This document shows positions 10,467 to 20,723 of a stretch of DNA of 64,000 bases, piece after piece (position 1 is the stretch's first letter; each line of letters starts with the position of its first letter). Source of the stretch: a virus; IMG/VR virus record IMGVR_UViG_3300037258_000375, positions 32,001-96,000 of that record. One strand, written 5' to 3'. Below the pieces are notes generated by a model. The model saw only the letters and a list, made by a program, of their open reading frames with translations, was not told where the DNA came from and ran no database searches. The position numbers were made by a program, and so were the translations under genes.

Positions 10467-10735
10467 CTACTCGCTTGAAGGGGTTCACGGTCGTACTCGA
10501 CCATGACATCCGCGATGACGACGCCGAGACAATCAAGCAAGCGATCCTCGCGCTTCGCCACGTACAAGACGTTCAACCGGTGCCGGTGGACGTCGCAGAC
10601 TTTATCATCCGCGCTCGCGTCCGGCGTGAACTATTGGAAAAAGTTCTCAAGGTCATTGAGGAGAACTAAGCCGGATTCAACCGTCCGAACTCTGGACGGG
10701 TAACCACAACCATCAACCAAAGGGAGAAGAACATC

Positions 10736-11041
10736 ATGAGTGATATAAGAGCAGCAGTCAAAGAAGTCGAGGGGCAGATTGAGACGCGTATGCGTTTCCT
10801 CCAGGCTCTTGCGTTTCTCGAATCGCTGGGCAAGACCATCGGGATACATCTTGTGGCACAAGACATCTCGGGGCGAAAGGTCAAGTCTGCGAAGGTGAGC
10901 CATCACAAGAAGGCAGCCCAACCAGCCAAGCGCAAGCTGAGCACAGCGGGCCGCAAGGCAATCGCAGCAGCAGCAAAGAAGCGCTGGGCAAAGGTCCACG
11001 CCGCACAGCGGGCAGCAAAGAAGAAGAAGGCCGCGAAGTAA
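10736..11041 (+). CDS. Lys/Ala-rich basic protein (histone-like tail)
   Basis: KRKLSTAGRKAIAAAAKKRWAK motif. Confidence 0.7.
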   Translation: MSDIRAAVKEVEGQIETRMRFLQALAFLESLGKTIGIHLVAQDISGRKVKSAKVSHHKKAAQPAKRKLSTAGRKAIAAAAKKRWAKVHAAQRAAKKKKAAK

Positions 11042-11100
11042 GCGGCCCTTCCTGGACTCCCTCCCCCTCACCCTCTCACACACAGAAAGGTATTCGAGCG

Positions 11101-12201
11101 ATGGCAAAGACGAAGGTACCCACGATCACGACCACTGTAGAAGCATTCGTAGCAGCGCTAAAGAACACGGTCACGGAAAGAGGCTCTGTCACCATACCCA
11201 TCCTTGGCTACGCGCGCGTACAAAACGCGACAGTGATCGGCACGACTCTCGATGTGTTCACTATCGTGAAGTTCGAGGGCAAGGGGCAGGGAGACTTCCT
11301 CATCCACCCACGTCGCGCTATCGATGTATTGAGCGGAGAAAAAGGTCCGCTTGTGATCGAATTTCACGACACAAACGAACCGAGGGGCGAGCGCAAGGTA
11401 AAGCTCAAGGTGGGCACGCTTGAGTTCACGCTTCCGACGCTGGCGGTCGAGAACTTCCCTCACATGCCGGAGCCGATAAAGACGACTCTCGCCATAGATG
11501 GTGCCGCGCTCAAGACGATGATCGACCGCACCCGCATCGCAGTCTCAGCAGACGAATCGCGCTACACGATCAACGGCACACTCCTATCAACTGAAAATGG
11601 AACTGTCACGATGGTAGCGACAGATGGGCACCGCATGAGTGTCGTAACCGCACCTGGAGAAGGAGAGCTTGAGAATGTCATTCTCTCGAAGAGCACAACG
11701 GAGTGGCTTCGCAACAACTGCCGGGGCAAGGTACAGATCGGCAGAGATACCAGTGGTAACATCATCTCCACGGATACGGGAATTGTGATATCGAAGACGC
11801 TGAGCGGCCAATTCCCGAACTATCAGGCTGTGATCCCAACAAAGTCTTCAGTCTCCGTACGCTTCTCTTCCTCCAAAACAGCCGCCGCCTTCTTGAAGCG
11901 CGCTTGCAAATGCGCGAGCCGAGAGAGCGGCACGATCAAGCTGTTTCTCGAAAAAGGAAAGCAAGAGGTAGTGATTTTGGCTGAATCGTTGGAGCGCGGA
12001 TCGGCGCGTGTTCCAGTCCCCGCAGCTATTGAAAACATGCAGACTACGGGAATGACGATTGGATTCTGCGGAGAGTTCATTCTCGATTTTCTTGCCGTGC
12101 TCCCCGACCAGGAATTCACCCTCTCTCTCACCAAGGCAGACATGGCCGGAATGTTCGAGGTGGAGAACTTCAAGTACATTGTCATGCCGATGCGCCTCTG
12201 A
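11101..12201 (+). CDS. dnaN: DNA polymerase III beta sliding clamp
   Basis: TIPIL, ENFP, DESRY.ING, VATDGHR, GQFPNY, IVMPMRL. Confidence 0.92.
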   Translation: MAKTKVPTITTTVEAFVAALKNTVTERGSVTIPILGYARVQNATVIGTTLDVFTIVKFEGKGQGDFLIHPRRAIDVLSGEKGPLVIEFHDTNEPRGERKVKLKVGTLEFTLPTLAVENFPHMPEPIKTTLAIDGAALKTMIDRTRIAVSADESRYTINGTLLSTENGTVTMVATDGHRMSVVTAPGEGELENVILSKSTTEWLRNNCRGKVQIGRDTSGNIISTDTGIVISKTLSGQFPNYQAVIPTKSSVSVRFSSSKTAAAFLKRACKCASRESGTIKLFLEKGKQEVVILAESLERGSARVPVPAAIENMQTTGMTIGFCGEFILDFLAVLPDQEFTLSLTKADMAGMFEVENFKYIVMPMRL

Positions 12202-12307
12202 CAATAACCTCACTTGTGTACGATTATTCTTGACACCGAATAAAAAGGAGCGCAGAGTAACAAAGAACCGCTCATGCGGGCAATCAATCTCCGGGAGGAA
12301 TAACGCT

Positions 12308-13120
12308 ATGGCAGTTGAATGGGCATCGGAAGATATAAAGCGGGCGGGGGCACTTTACGTTGCATTCCCGGAAGACATCACCATTGTCGAGGAACTCAAC
12401 GGACGGCATGATCCGACCGACATCGAGGCTCTTGCCGCTGACATCGAAGCCAACGATCAGCACACGCCGGTTGGCCTTCGCAAGAATGACGACGGGCAAC
12501 CAGTGCTTGTGTACGGTCACCGCCGCTGGGAAGCGGTCGCGTTGCTCAACAAGAAGTACCCGCATAGCAAGCGCAAGCTTGTCGGCACCTATCTGAGCGT
12601 GGATGAGAACGGCGCGTTCATCGCCGCGATCAGCGAGAACCGTTTCCGCAAGGACGTATCCCCCATAGACGACTGTGCGAATATCAACACGCTGCGCAAG
12701 CGGCTGAAGTTCGCAGATGAGGACATCGCTAAGGTCTATTTCCCCGAAGCCAAGAGCAAGGAAGAACTCGCAGCGGCTCTCCGCTTCGTGAAGCAACGCG
12801 GATCGCTCATTGAACTCGCGCCCGAGGCAGCTACCGCCGTCCGCGAGGGCAAGGTCAAGGTAACCGCTGCCGTCAGGCTCGCGAAGCTCTCCAAGAACTT
12901 GCAGCGCGAGAAGCTGAAAGAGCAGCCAGCCAAGATGAAGGCAAAGGACGTGCCCGCGCCGAAGCCGAAGCGTGAGAGCATTCCCGCGACCATGCTTCCC
13001 CTGGTGAAGAAGGCAATCAAGGACTTGCTGTTGAAAGACCTCGAAAACACGCAGTATCCCTACGTCGAGGTCAAGCGGGAGCCTATGCTTGCTCTCTACC
13101 GTCTCATCAACCCTAGCTAG
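12308..13120 (+). CDS. ParB/Srx-family protein
   Basis: LAADI..Q..PV, LVYGHRR, ISEN..RKDVSP. Confidence 0.8.
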   Translation: MAVEWASEDIKRAGALYVAFPEDITIVEELNGRHDPTDIEALAADIEANDQHTPVGLRKNDDGQPVLVYGHRRWEAVALLNKKYPHSKRKLVGTYLSVDENGAFIAAISENRFRKDVSPIDDCANINTLRKRLKFADEDIAKVYFPEAKSKEELAAALRFVKQRGSLIELAPEAATAVREGKVKVTAAVRLAKLSKNLQREKLKEQPAKMKAKDVPAPKPKRESIPATMLPLVKKAIKDLLLKDLENTQYPYVEVKREPMLALYRLINPS

Positions 13121-13151
13121 TCCGAGCTTCGGATAGGTCAAGGAGATATCG

Positions 13152-13706
13152 ATGAAGCTGAGCTATGCTGAACGCCATCGCTTCGACAAGGCCGCTCCAT
13201 TCAAGATCGATGGTGTTTACTGTAAGCTGATTCCTTTGACGAAGGGGCAGTACGCAATCGTGTGGGAATCCGATTACGAATGGTTAATGTTTTGGAACTG
13301 GTGCGCTAGATGGAACGGCCATCCCAAGACGTACTATGCCGTTCGTGGCGTACAAAAAGACGATAGACAGCAACTGATTTATATGCACCGCTTTATCAAA
13401 GGGCTTGCCCCCGGTGATTTACTCCAATGCGATCATAAAAGTCCTGGGAGCGGCTTGGATTGCCGACGCTCTAATTTACGCATTGCCTCTAACGCGCAGA
13501 ATCACTGGAATCAAGGTGTACGCAAGAATAACAAAAGTGGCTATAAAGGCGTATATCTTCGGAAAGATACAGGGAAATGGACGGCACAGATTACAGTGAA
13601 CGGACGATGCAAGACACTCGGTTCATTTCGCAGTAGACGCGTAGCTTTTCTCGCGTATTGTAAGGCAGCAGAACTTTACCATGGCGAATTCGCACGAGTC
13701 GCTTAA
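13152..13706 (+). CDS. HNH-AP2 homing endonuclease
   Basis: MHRFI, DH..GLD.RRSNLR, SGYKGV..W.AQI..LG.F, AA..YHGEFA. Confidence 0.9.
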   Translation: MKLSYAERHRFDKAAPFKIDGVYCKLIPLTKGQYAIVWESDYEWLMFWNWCARWNGHPKTYYAVRGVQKDDRQQLIYMHRFIKGLAPGDLLQCDHKSPGSGLDCRRSNLRIASNAQNHWNQGVRKNNKSGYKGVYLRKDTGKWTAQITVNGRCKTLGSFRSRRVAFLAYCKAAELYHGEFARVA

Positions 13707-14393
13707 GATAAGGAAAATTGCATGAGTGTCAAAATCAAAGGGCATCGCCTTCTTCCCGCTGATCCACAACAACCGCGCAGAGCCACATGTGGATGTGGCG
13801 CATGGTGTAACTTAATCACCGGAGTCGGGTCCGCGCTTATTCTCAAGGCAAGGTCCGATTGGCACCTGGAGCATAAGCTCAACGTCCTCCACAGCCAGGG
13901 TAAGCTCGACGAAGAGGAGGATAAACCGATATGGGCGGACATGCGATAGGTGCTGTGATCTTTGGGATATTTTTCCTTTCGGCTATCAGCGTTGCATTGA
14001 TCGGTCTTATTCGGCTTGACGATAAGAGCGGGCGGAGTGTTGACTGGCACAGACGCAATGGACGCTGGCGTGTACAGTATCCAAACGGCGGTGTCTCGCA
14101 ACCATTTACGCGCTCCGTGGCTAAGGATTACGCGAAGTTGTTCGGCGGTGTTGTCGTTCGAAAGGAGAAGGAACCAAATGAATCTGGACAAAGCGAACTG
14201 GAGGAAGGGTCTTCATCCGGAAGACATTGAAGCGGACGGTCAGCGCTATGGCCCAGCATTCGTGTTTGGCACACGCATGTACCATTCGCATAAACCTATC
14301 AACTACACGGCAATTTTTGTCGTCTTCTTTTTCATCTCTTTCGTTCTCTCGTTTCTTGGATTCCGACTCGGCTGGTGGTAATGAGGTGCTGCT

Positions 14394-14672
14394 GTGAGCA
14401 TTAAAGAAATCGTAATTCACACGTACAGTTGCCGGTGCGATTTACCAGAATGTCCGGGGAAGGGAAAGCCTTGGATCGCAACAAAAGGAGTACCGAAGCG
14501 ATGCCGGTACTGCAAGAGACTGGCCTGGAACGGCAAAGGTCGGGAGGTACGAAAGAACGCACTCCCCATCAAGTACGACGACATGACCGACGAAGAGCGT
14601 CGTGAATACAACCGCAAGAAGAAAACTGAGTCGAGAGCCAGGATAAAAAAAGAGGCTGGGGATGACGACTAA
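14394..14672 (+). CDS. small Zn-ribbon protein
   Basis: CxC..C / PKRCRYC..W; similar to 16154-16387. Confidence 0.55.
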   Translation: MSIKEIVIHTYSCRCDLPECPGKGKPWIATKGVPKRCRYCKRLAWNGKGREVRKNALPIKYDDMTDEERREYNRKKKTESRARIKKEAGDDD

Positions 14673-14979
14673 CAAAAAGACGCTGCCTCTCCGAATCCTT
14701 GAGGCTCTAGCCGCGTTCGAAGATGGGCGCGCCGCGTACGTCCATCTCATGTGGAAGGTGTGGCCACCGAAGGATTACCCACGAGCTTATCGGCACTCAG
14801 GCAAGGGTGGTCCTCCGGGAGTGTCACGAGTTTTCAGTGGGGCTCTCAACCGGATGCGGCAACAGGGGTTGATTGCACGTACGCGATATTCCATTGGATA
14901 CGAGCAGCGATATGGACAGCCAGATGTAATCATTCTCTCCACCGGAAGAAAGGCGCTCAAAGATGATCTTCAAGCGTGA
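14662..14979 (+). CDS. hypothetical (winged-helix-like) protein
   Basis: Translationally coupled ORF; LNRMRQQGLI..LSTGRKAL. Confidence 0.5.
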   Translation: MTTNKKTLPLRILEALAAFEDGRAAYVHLMWKVWPPKDYPRAYRHSGKGGPPGVSRVFSGALNRMRQQGLIARTRYSIGYEQRYGQPDVIILSTGRKALKDDLQA

Positions 14980-15166
14980 ACGCAGAACCTATCCAACTGT
15001 ACATTGGCAGGGCGGACGCCTGCCAGGAAGTATCCGTACGTTCTGCGGACCTCTCATCACCGACAAGACGGCGCATTCGCCCGACAAAGCAAAGGTGAAC
15101 TGCAAGCGGTGTCTCCAGTGCATGAGGCGGCACGGGCATCTTCCGACAGAATAAGGAGGTCATGGG

Positions 15167-15823
15167 ATGGAATTCCCCGATCTTGAAAAATTGGACGACA
15201 TAGCGCTCATGAAAGAAGTCGTTGCTGAGAACGGCGATGCGCTCGCGGTATTATTTGACCGTTACCACAACAGGGTTCTTAGTGTAGGGCTCAGAATTCT
15301 CAAGAATCGCGAAGAAGCTGAAGAAGTAATGCAGCAGGTATTTTTAGAAGTTTGGCGTGTAGGAGCAAAGTTCGATCCCGCAAAGGGAAAGTTCTACACG
15401 TGGTTGATGCAATACGCTTATCATCGAAGTCTTAATCGGAGGCAGAGCCTTATCTCTCGACGTTTCTGGAGTCATTGCGGCTTCGACATATTCGCCGGGA
15501 TGCGTGCAGGGAGCGACGATAAGGTTAATCGGCGATTCCGCGATGGCACCTTTGAGCCGCCCGAGGAGTTAATGTTGCGGCCTCAAGGTGAGTGCAACCG
15601 GCTCGTGGAGGAAGTGCTGAAGGCATTGAATGAAGAACAGCGACATGCAATTCGCCTTGTCCACTACGAAGGCATGAGTTTGAAAGAGGCTGCTGAAGTA
15701 GCTAACACGCCTTTTCACAATATGCGTCACCATTATTACCGGGGTTTGCAAAAGATGAAAAAGCATCTTTCTATACTTGCTCAAAAAAACAAAAACTTGG
15801 ACACTCTCGGAGGAAAATCGTGA
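15167..15823 (+). CDS. ECF sigma-70 family RNA polymerase sigma factor
   Basis: ALAVLFDRY, EAEEVMQQVFLEVW..FDP.KG.F.TWL (region 2); L.EEQR.AI.L..YEGMS..E.A (region 4). Confidence 0.9.
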   Translation: MEFPDLEKLDDIALMKEVVAENGDALAVLFDRYHNRVLSVGLRILKNREEAEEVMQQVFLEVWRVGAKFDPAKGKFYTWLMQYAYHRSLNRRQSLISRRFWSHCGFDIFAGMRAGSDDKVNRRFRDGTFEPPEELMLRPQGECNRLVEEVLKALNEEQRHAIRLVHYEGMSLKEAAEVANTPFHNMRHHYYRGLQKMKKHLSILAQKNKNLDTLGGKS

Positions 15824-16152
15824 GCGAATTTATGACCGTGGACCATCCGCGAGCTTTCGAGGGTATGACTCTCGATCCTCACAAAGAGTTGCGGATCAAG
15901 CACTATCCGGAAGAGACGCATCTATGCCCGCTCTGCAAGGGCTACGGCGGATGGCATCTCCAGTTCGACGCCTACGGTCCAGGCAAGCACTTTGACTCTA
16001 GTTGCTTCCAGTGCAACGGGTGGGGATACGTCTCGGCAAAGGATGCAGATCACATACATAAGTACGGTCCAGGCACTACGGTAGGGCACTGCCTGAATAA
16101 CTATACCTGTGAGATTTGCAATCAAGTACGCACTGTCGATTCGAGCGACTGA
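15820..16152 (+). CDS. Zn-finger hypothetical protein
   Basis: CPLCKGYGGW, CFQCNGWG, C..C..VDSSD. Confidence 0.65.
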   Translation: MSEFMTVDHPRAFEGMTLDPHKELRIKHYPEETHLCPLCKGYGGWHLQFDAYGPGKHFDSSCFQCNGWGYVSAKDADHIHKYGPGTTVGHCLNNYTCEICNQVRTVDSSD

Positions 16153-16153
16153 A

Positions 16154-16387
16154 ATGAAGCGGCGGGTCGTCATCGAAGTGTGGGAGTGTGAGTGCTCGCA
16201 GTGCGGGCATCCGCGAGACCGATACAAGCCTTGGTACAGTCTCGCGAAGCGTCCTCCGCAAGAATGCCCTGGTTGTGGATCGCGTGAATGGGACGGCAAG
16301 AAGATCAAGCACAAACCGGGGGCGAAGCCGAAGATCGAATTACCAAAACCAGTTCGAGTGAGAGCTACCGAGGGGGACGAATGCTAA
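16154..16387 (+). CDS. small Zn-ribbon protein
   Basis: CECSQCGH, P.ECPGCGSREWD. Confidence 0.55.
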   Translation: MKRRVVIEVWECECSQCGHPRDRYKPWYSLAKRPPQECPGCGSREWDGKKIKHKPGAKPKIELPKPVRVRATEGDEC

Positions 16388-16662
16388 AGAGTGTTTTCTT
16401 GATGCTTCTATTGGTCGTTGGATGTGAAGTGACGGACGAATCCAAGGCCATTCACGTGATCGGAACAATAACAGCCGTGGAAAATGACGGCTCCTTCGAT
16501 CTGGAGAATAGCCAGTCCAAAATTATCCATTTCGATAGGTGCTGGGAACAGATCGGCCACTTTGATGTATGGAAAAATGAGCGCGTCGATCTCAATCTGC
16601 AAATCAAGGTAATGAATGGAGGACAGTGCGCCTTTATTGTTTCCTCTACTGATCTGCACTGA
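16381..16662 (+). CDS. putative lipoprotein
   Basis: Hydrophobic signal ending VVGC. Confidence 0.55.
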   Translation: MLKSVFLMLLLVVGCEVTDESKAIHVIGTITAVENDGSFDLENSQSKIIHFDRCWEQIGHFDVWKNERVDLNLQIKVMNGGQCAFIVSSTDLH

Positions 16663-16664
16663 AA

Positions 16665-17252
16665 GTGAGGATAGCTATGATTAAAAGCTGGAAGCAAGAC
16701 CACGGTATAAGCAACGGCCCTGGAATCATCCTTGTCAATTCCAAGTACGTCCACAACGTCGCGGCGGCGATCCGCGCGGCGTCTTGCTTTGACGTGACTC
16801 GGCTTGTGTGGACGGGCAGCCGCGTCAATCCCGATCTACTCGACCGCCTGCCTCGCGAAGAGAGGATGAAGGGCTACAAAGACATCCTGTGGACACACGA
16901 CGTCAAGGACCGGCCCTTTGATTTATTCTCGCCTCGCGTCGTTCCGGTGTGCGTGGAGTTGCTCGAAAACTCCGAACCGCTCACAACCTTCGAACACCCT
17001 GATAACGCTGTGTACGTGTTCGGACCTGAAGATGGGGGAGTGCCGCAAGTGCTGCGCCGCTTCTGCCATCGCTTCGTTCACATTCAATCGAACCACTGCC
17101 TCAATCTTTCGGCAGCGGTGAATGTGGTTCTTCATGACAGAAAGTCTAAACGGCAGATCGCGGGCCTTGAGCCCATCTTGCCAACCGGCGAAATGCTCAA
17201 TGAACACAGAGGCCCGATGGAGATTGCCATAGCGGGATGGGATGGGTACTGA
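16665..17252 (+). CDS. SpoU/TrmH-family (SPOUT) RNA methyltransferase
   Basis: HNVAAAIRAASCF, YVFGPEDGGV, CLNLSAAVNVVLHDR. Confidence 0.85.
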   Translation: MRIAMIKSWKQDHGISNGPGIILVNSKYVHNVAAAIRAASCFDVTRLVWTGSRVNPDLLDRLPREERMKGYKDILWTHDVKDRPFDLFSPRVVPVCVELLENSEPLTTFEHPDNAVYVFGPEDGGVPQVLRRFCHRFVHIQSNHCLNLSAAVNVVLHDRKSKRQIAGLEPILPTGEMLNEHRGPMEIAIAGWDGY

Positions 17253-17667
17253 ATGCTGACCAAATTCTGGACGGTATGCAAACCATGCAACGGACGCGGT
17301 GAAGTCAATCCAAACTCTCCACATGCGCGCAAGCCGCCGAAGATGACCGGAGAGATTACGGATCGCACCACGAGCGTTTGTAAGAAGTGCTCCGGGTGCG
17401 GGATGCAGTGGAATATGACGAGGGGGAAATGATGAGAACTTGGTGGATTGCTCCTGGTGACAATGAAAAAGTGATGCGCGGTGACGAGGTGATCGCTACC
17501 ATCACAACAATGAAAAGCGGGAACTATCGCTGGGACGGAATGAATATGTATCGTGAAAACTTCTTAATGAAGGACCATATCTTGGAGGACGTCAAGTATT
17601 TTTACCGCTACCCGCACCGTCGCAAAACTGTCATCACATTTAAGAGCGGCAGAAAGGTCGTGCTCTG

Positions 17668-17886
17668 ATGAGCGACCGCTGGTATAAGAATCACCGCCTG
17701 GAGTGGATCGCCGAGATGCTCCGCATTTATGGCTTCATCAACCGCGAGCACGTGATGCGGAAGTTTGGCATCTCGACACCGCAAGCTTCGAAAGACCTGA
17801 ACGACTTTCAGAAGAAGAATCCGAACGCGGTGAGTTACGATCTTAGCGTTAAGAAATTTATTGCTCGGGATGGACGGAAGATATGA
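17668..17886 (+). CDS. stand-alone CapW/BrxR-like winged HTH protein
   Basis: RLEWI..L..G.INR..VM.KFGIS.PQASKDL resembles the N-terminal wHTH of WYL repressors. Confidence 0.6.
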   Translation: MSDRWYKNHRLEWIAEMLRIYGFINREHVMRKFGISTPQASKDLNDFQKKNPNAVSYDLSVKKFIARDGRKI

Positions 17887-18581
17887 CTGCATCGAATGAA
17901 TCCGAAGTTTACCGCGCGGTCTGTTACATGCGCTGCTCAGGCGATGGCCAGATTCTCGGAGACACCTGGGAACGCCAGCGCGAGGTGATCTTCAAACACG
18001 CCTTGGCGAACGACTTTGACGTGGTTGAGGAGTTCCGAGACGAGGGTGTCACCGGCAAGATGGAACTGGAGAATCGCGCAGGGCTGTCCGCTTGTATGCA
18101 GTTCATCCAGGCGAACAGCATCAAGTTGGTCTTGGTCGAGTCCAGCGACCGGCTCGCCCGCGACATGATCGTGGCTGAGGTCATCGTGCGCGAGTTCCAG
18201 AAGATCGGCGTCAAGGTGATCGCGGCCTCGGGGGGTGTGGACCTCACCGCAGGCGACGATCTGAATCCAACCGCCAAGCTGATCCGGCAAATCCTCGCCG
18301 CAATCGCCGAGTTCGACCGCTGTGTCACCGTGCTCAAGCTGCGCGGCGCGCGCGAGCGCATCCGAAGCAAGAACGGGAAGTGTGAAGGCCAGCACGCCTT
18401 CGGCGAGAAGCCCGAAGAGCATGAGACCATGGAAGCGATTAGAAATTTCCGCGCCATCGGATGGACCTGTAAGACGATTGCCGACACCCTCAATGAGCGT
18501 TCTTTCCGGACCCGCTCCGGACGGCCTTGGCACCGATCCACGGTCGCGAAGATTCTCGCGCGTAAAGCTACCACCAACTAA
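17883..18581 (+). CDS. serine recombinase (resolvase family)
   Basis: Y.R.S catalytic motif, DEGVTG, SDRLARD, AIAEFDR, C-terminal IADTLN..TRSG..W. Confidence 0.88.
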   Translation: MTASNESEVYRAVCYMRCSGDGQILGDTWERQREVIFKHALANDFDVVEEFRDEGVTGKMELENRAGLSACMQFIQANSIKLVLVESSDRLARDMIVAEVIVREFQKIGVKVIAASGGVDLTAGDDLNPTAKLIRQILAAIAEFDRCVTVLKLRGARERIRSKNGKCEGQHAFGEKPEEHETMEAIRNFRAIGWTCKTIADTLNERSFRTRSGRPWHRSTVAKILARKATTN

Positions 18582-19245
18582 TCTTCAGATTGCTTACCAG
18601 GATCGACCAAGGCGCGCCAGCCGGTAGACTTCCCAATTGCACCTGGACGTACACGCCCGGAGTCCAGTTGCTGGCCGTGGCGGGCATGTTGCCCAGCGAC
18701 GTCGGAACCTGGGACACCATCTTGTCGCACTCGTAGCTCACCACAGAGCAAGTCTTCGCTGTGAGGTTGAACGAGTACGCCCACTTCACTTTGTGCTGCA
18801 CGTTCGGCTTGAGCGCACCCAAGAGCAGCCCGGTCGAGGTCCAGTTCCCGATGTCGATCTGGCCGGTCGCCACGTGGCGCTGGCCGCTCAGGTTGTACTT
18901 CATCCCACCCGTGACAATCAGGAGATCGGTCTCGATCACGTTCGCGTTGGTCGGGGTACCGGCGTCGATATCCAGGCCGTACGACAGAGACACATTGCCG
19001 GTGTTGACAGGAATCTGCCGAGGCTCGGCCACGCCGTTGAGCACACCGGCCTGCGCCGGGTAAAACTCGACGGCAGGGTACGACCCAGGCTGGCTGTTTC
19101 CCGAGGTCCAGCAGAGCAGGGTGGTTTTCTTGGCGGGCACTAGACGGGACCCGTAGGCGAGAGGGGGAACGCCCCCTATCGGGGTCGCCGCAGTGTTGAC
19201 ATGGACACCCCACAAAGTGGTCGGATCGAGCCGGTCGATGAGCAT
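18568..19245 (-). CDS. hypothetical beta-rich (lectin/lyase-like) protein
   Basis: GGAG RBS, 225 aa, rich in Thr/Gly/aromatic residues. Confidence 0.55.
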   Translation of the reverse strand: MLIDRLDPTTLWGVHVNTAATPIGGVPPLAYGSRLVPAKKTTLLCWTSGNSQPGSYPAVEFYPAQAGVLNGVAEPRQIPVNTGNVSLSYGLDIDAGTPTNANVIETDLLIVTGGMKYNLSGQRHVATGQIDIGNWTSTGLLLGALKPNVQHKVKWAYSFNLTAKTCSVVSYECDKMVSQVPTSLGNMPATASNWTPGVYVQVQLGSLPAGAPWSILVSNLKISWW

Positions 19246-19409
19246 AAAGTCTCCTGGACTTTATGATGCACCCAAATCGATCCAAAAACACCCTAAAAGC
19301 GACCGTGGAGCGGCACATGAACTGCGCTTACTCTGCGCTTTTCGACCCCGTTTCGCCGAAGAGACGTGTATGTCACCTGTAAAGCTATCTACGTGTAATT
19401 TCTATCGCT

Positions 19410-19904
19410 TCACTCCGGGAACAGGCCGTACTTTGGCTCTGTGGAAAGCAGCCCGCTCGACGCTTTTCGCAACTCTTCAGTCGGAACGTCGAAAAAGCTC
19501 TGCTTTCCGGCCCACGGGATGGGGTTTCTGAGCTTGATTGGATCGCGCAGAACAAACGCATAGCGGAGCTTTCTGTCGTCTCCATATTGCCGGTAGTCGC
19601 CCCACACGATCTGCCATGGTTCCCTCGCCGGAGCGACGTCGCAAGCGGGCTGGCAACGCACGAGATCGACGGTGCCGATGATGCACCCAAAGGGTAGCTG
19701 AGACCACTTCATACCCAGCATCGTGAGCTTCGGCTCGTAGAACGCGCGAGTGCTTTTGTCCTGGTGCTTGGCCGCGTGGATCGCGATCCGGCCCCGGACG
19801 GCGGTCGGCCAGCCGCGCGTTTCGTCCGGCTTTACCATCCGGCCCTGGTCGTCTTTCTCGAAGATGACGGACGCCCACGGCTGCCATAAGCTGAGGCACT
19901 TCAT
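19410..19904 (-). CDS. ASCH domain protein
   Basis: MKCLSLWQPWAS..K..ETR.W...RG.IAIHA, G.IIG.V.L. Confidence 0.85.
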   Translation of the reverse strand: MKCLSLWQPWASVIFEKDDQGRMVKPDETRGWPTAVRGRIAIHAAKHQDKSTRAFYEPKLTMLGMKWSQLPFGCIIGTVDLVRCQPACDVAPAREPWQIVWGDYRQYGDDRKLRYAFVLRDPIKLRNPIPWAGKQSFFDVPTEELRKASSGLLSTEPKYGLFPE

Positions 19905-19914
19905 ATCAGGCTCC

Positions 19915-20679
19915 TCACGTTTTCCGACTCCACCGCTGGATGGGATTGATTAGCTCGATGTCGTCCGGAATTCTTTTGCCGAGGTAGAGCGCTTCGTCTG
20001 TGCGCGCATAATCCGTAATGGGGATCGGCGTACAGTGTGGAAAGGTGCCAACCGCCGCGATGATCTTAAAGTGGTTTTTGAGCGTCTCTCGCGCCTTCTC
20101 TGAAATCTGGAACCAGTCATCAACCATAACCTCTTGACCGCATCCTCGGAGGCTGTGAAGCTCCTCACTCCCGACGAAGTCAAGGCGGGCGAACTGATGG
20201 GGGCGTCCTTCGCGGAGACGGCGGCGGGCAGCTTCGGCGATGATGTTCTCTTTGTGCGGAGAGATGATCGTGATGTGGCTCTGCGTTTGACTTGCGACCT
20301 CTTCCGCGCTATCGAACAAGGCGGTGGTCTTTCCACTGCGGCGCTCGCAGTGCAGAACTGTTCCCTGCCGAAACGCGTCACGCATCATGCCGGTGCGTAT
20401 TGTCACAAGCTCAGGCGAGGGGCTTGTGCAAGATCGCATGTGATCGTCCAGCCTGTCGATGATATTGTGCGCGTACGTATGGAACCGCCGTGCATACTCC
20501 ACGAACATCTCGCGCGCAACTTCGACCGGGATCGCGTCACATCTATGCTGCGCTTGCTCCTCGTAACTGTTGAGCATCCGGTTAAAGTGTTCTTCATCTG
20601 GATCGCGGCGTCGCGAAAGAGGAAGCATCGCTGGCTCAAATTTCTCGAACGGGCTTATTGAAAAATACTCCATTTGCAA
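19915..20679 (-). CDS. hypothetical protein with P-loop-like motif
   Basis: RRSGKTT, SLRG, VMVDD. Confidence 0.5.
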   Translation of the reverse strand: MQMEYFSISPFEKFEPAMLPLSRRRDPDEEHFNRMLNSYEEQAQHRCDAIPVEVAREMFVEYARRFHTYAHNIIDRLDDHMRSCTSPSPELVTIRTGMMRDAFRQGTVLHCERRSGKTTALFDSAEEVASQTQSHITIISPHKENIIAEAARRRLREGRPHQFARLDFVGSEELHSLRGCGQEVMVDDWFQISEKARETLKNHFKIIAAVGTFPHCTPIPITDYARTDEALYLGKRIPDDIELINPIQRWSRKT

Positions 20680-20723
20680 TTATGGAACTATCGAGGTCGC
20701 CGATTTTCAAGCAGTCCTCTTGT

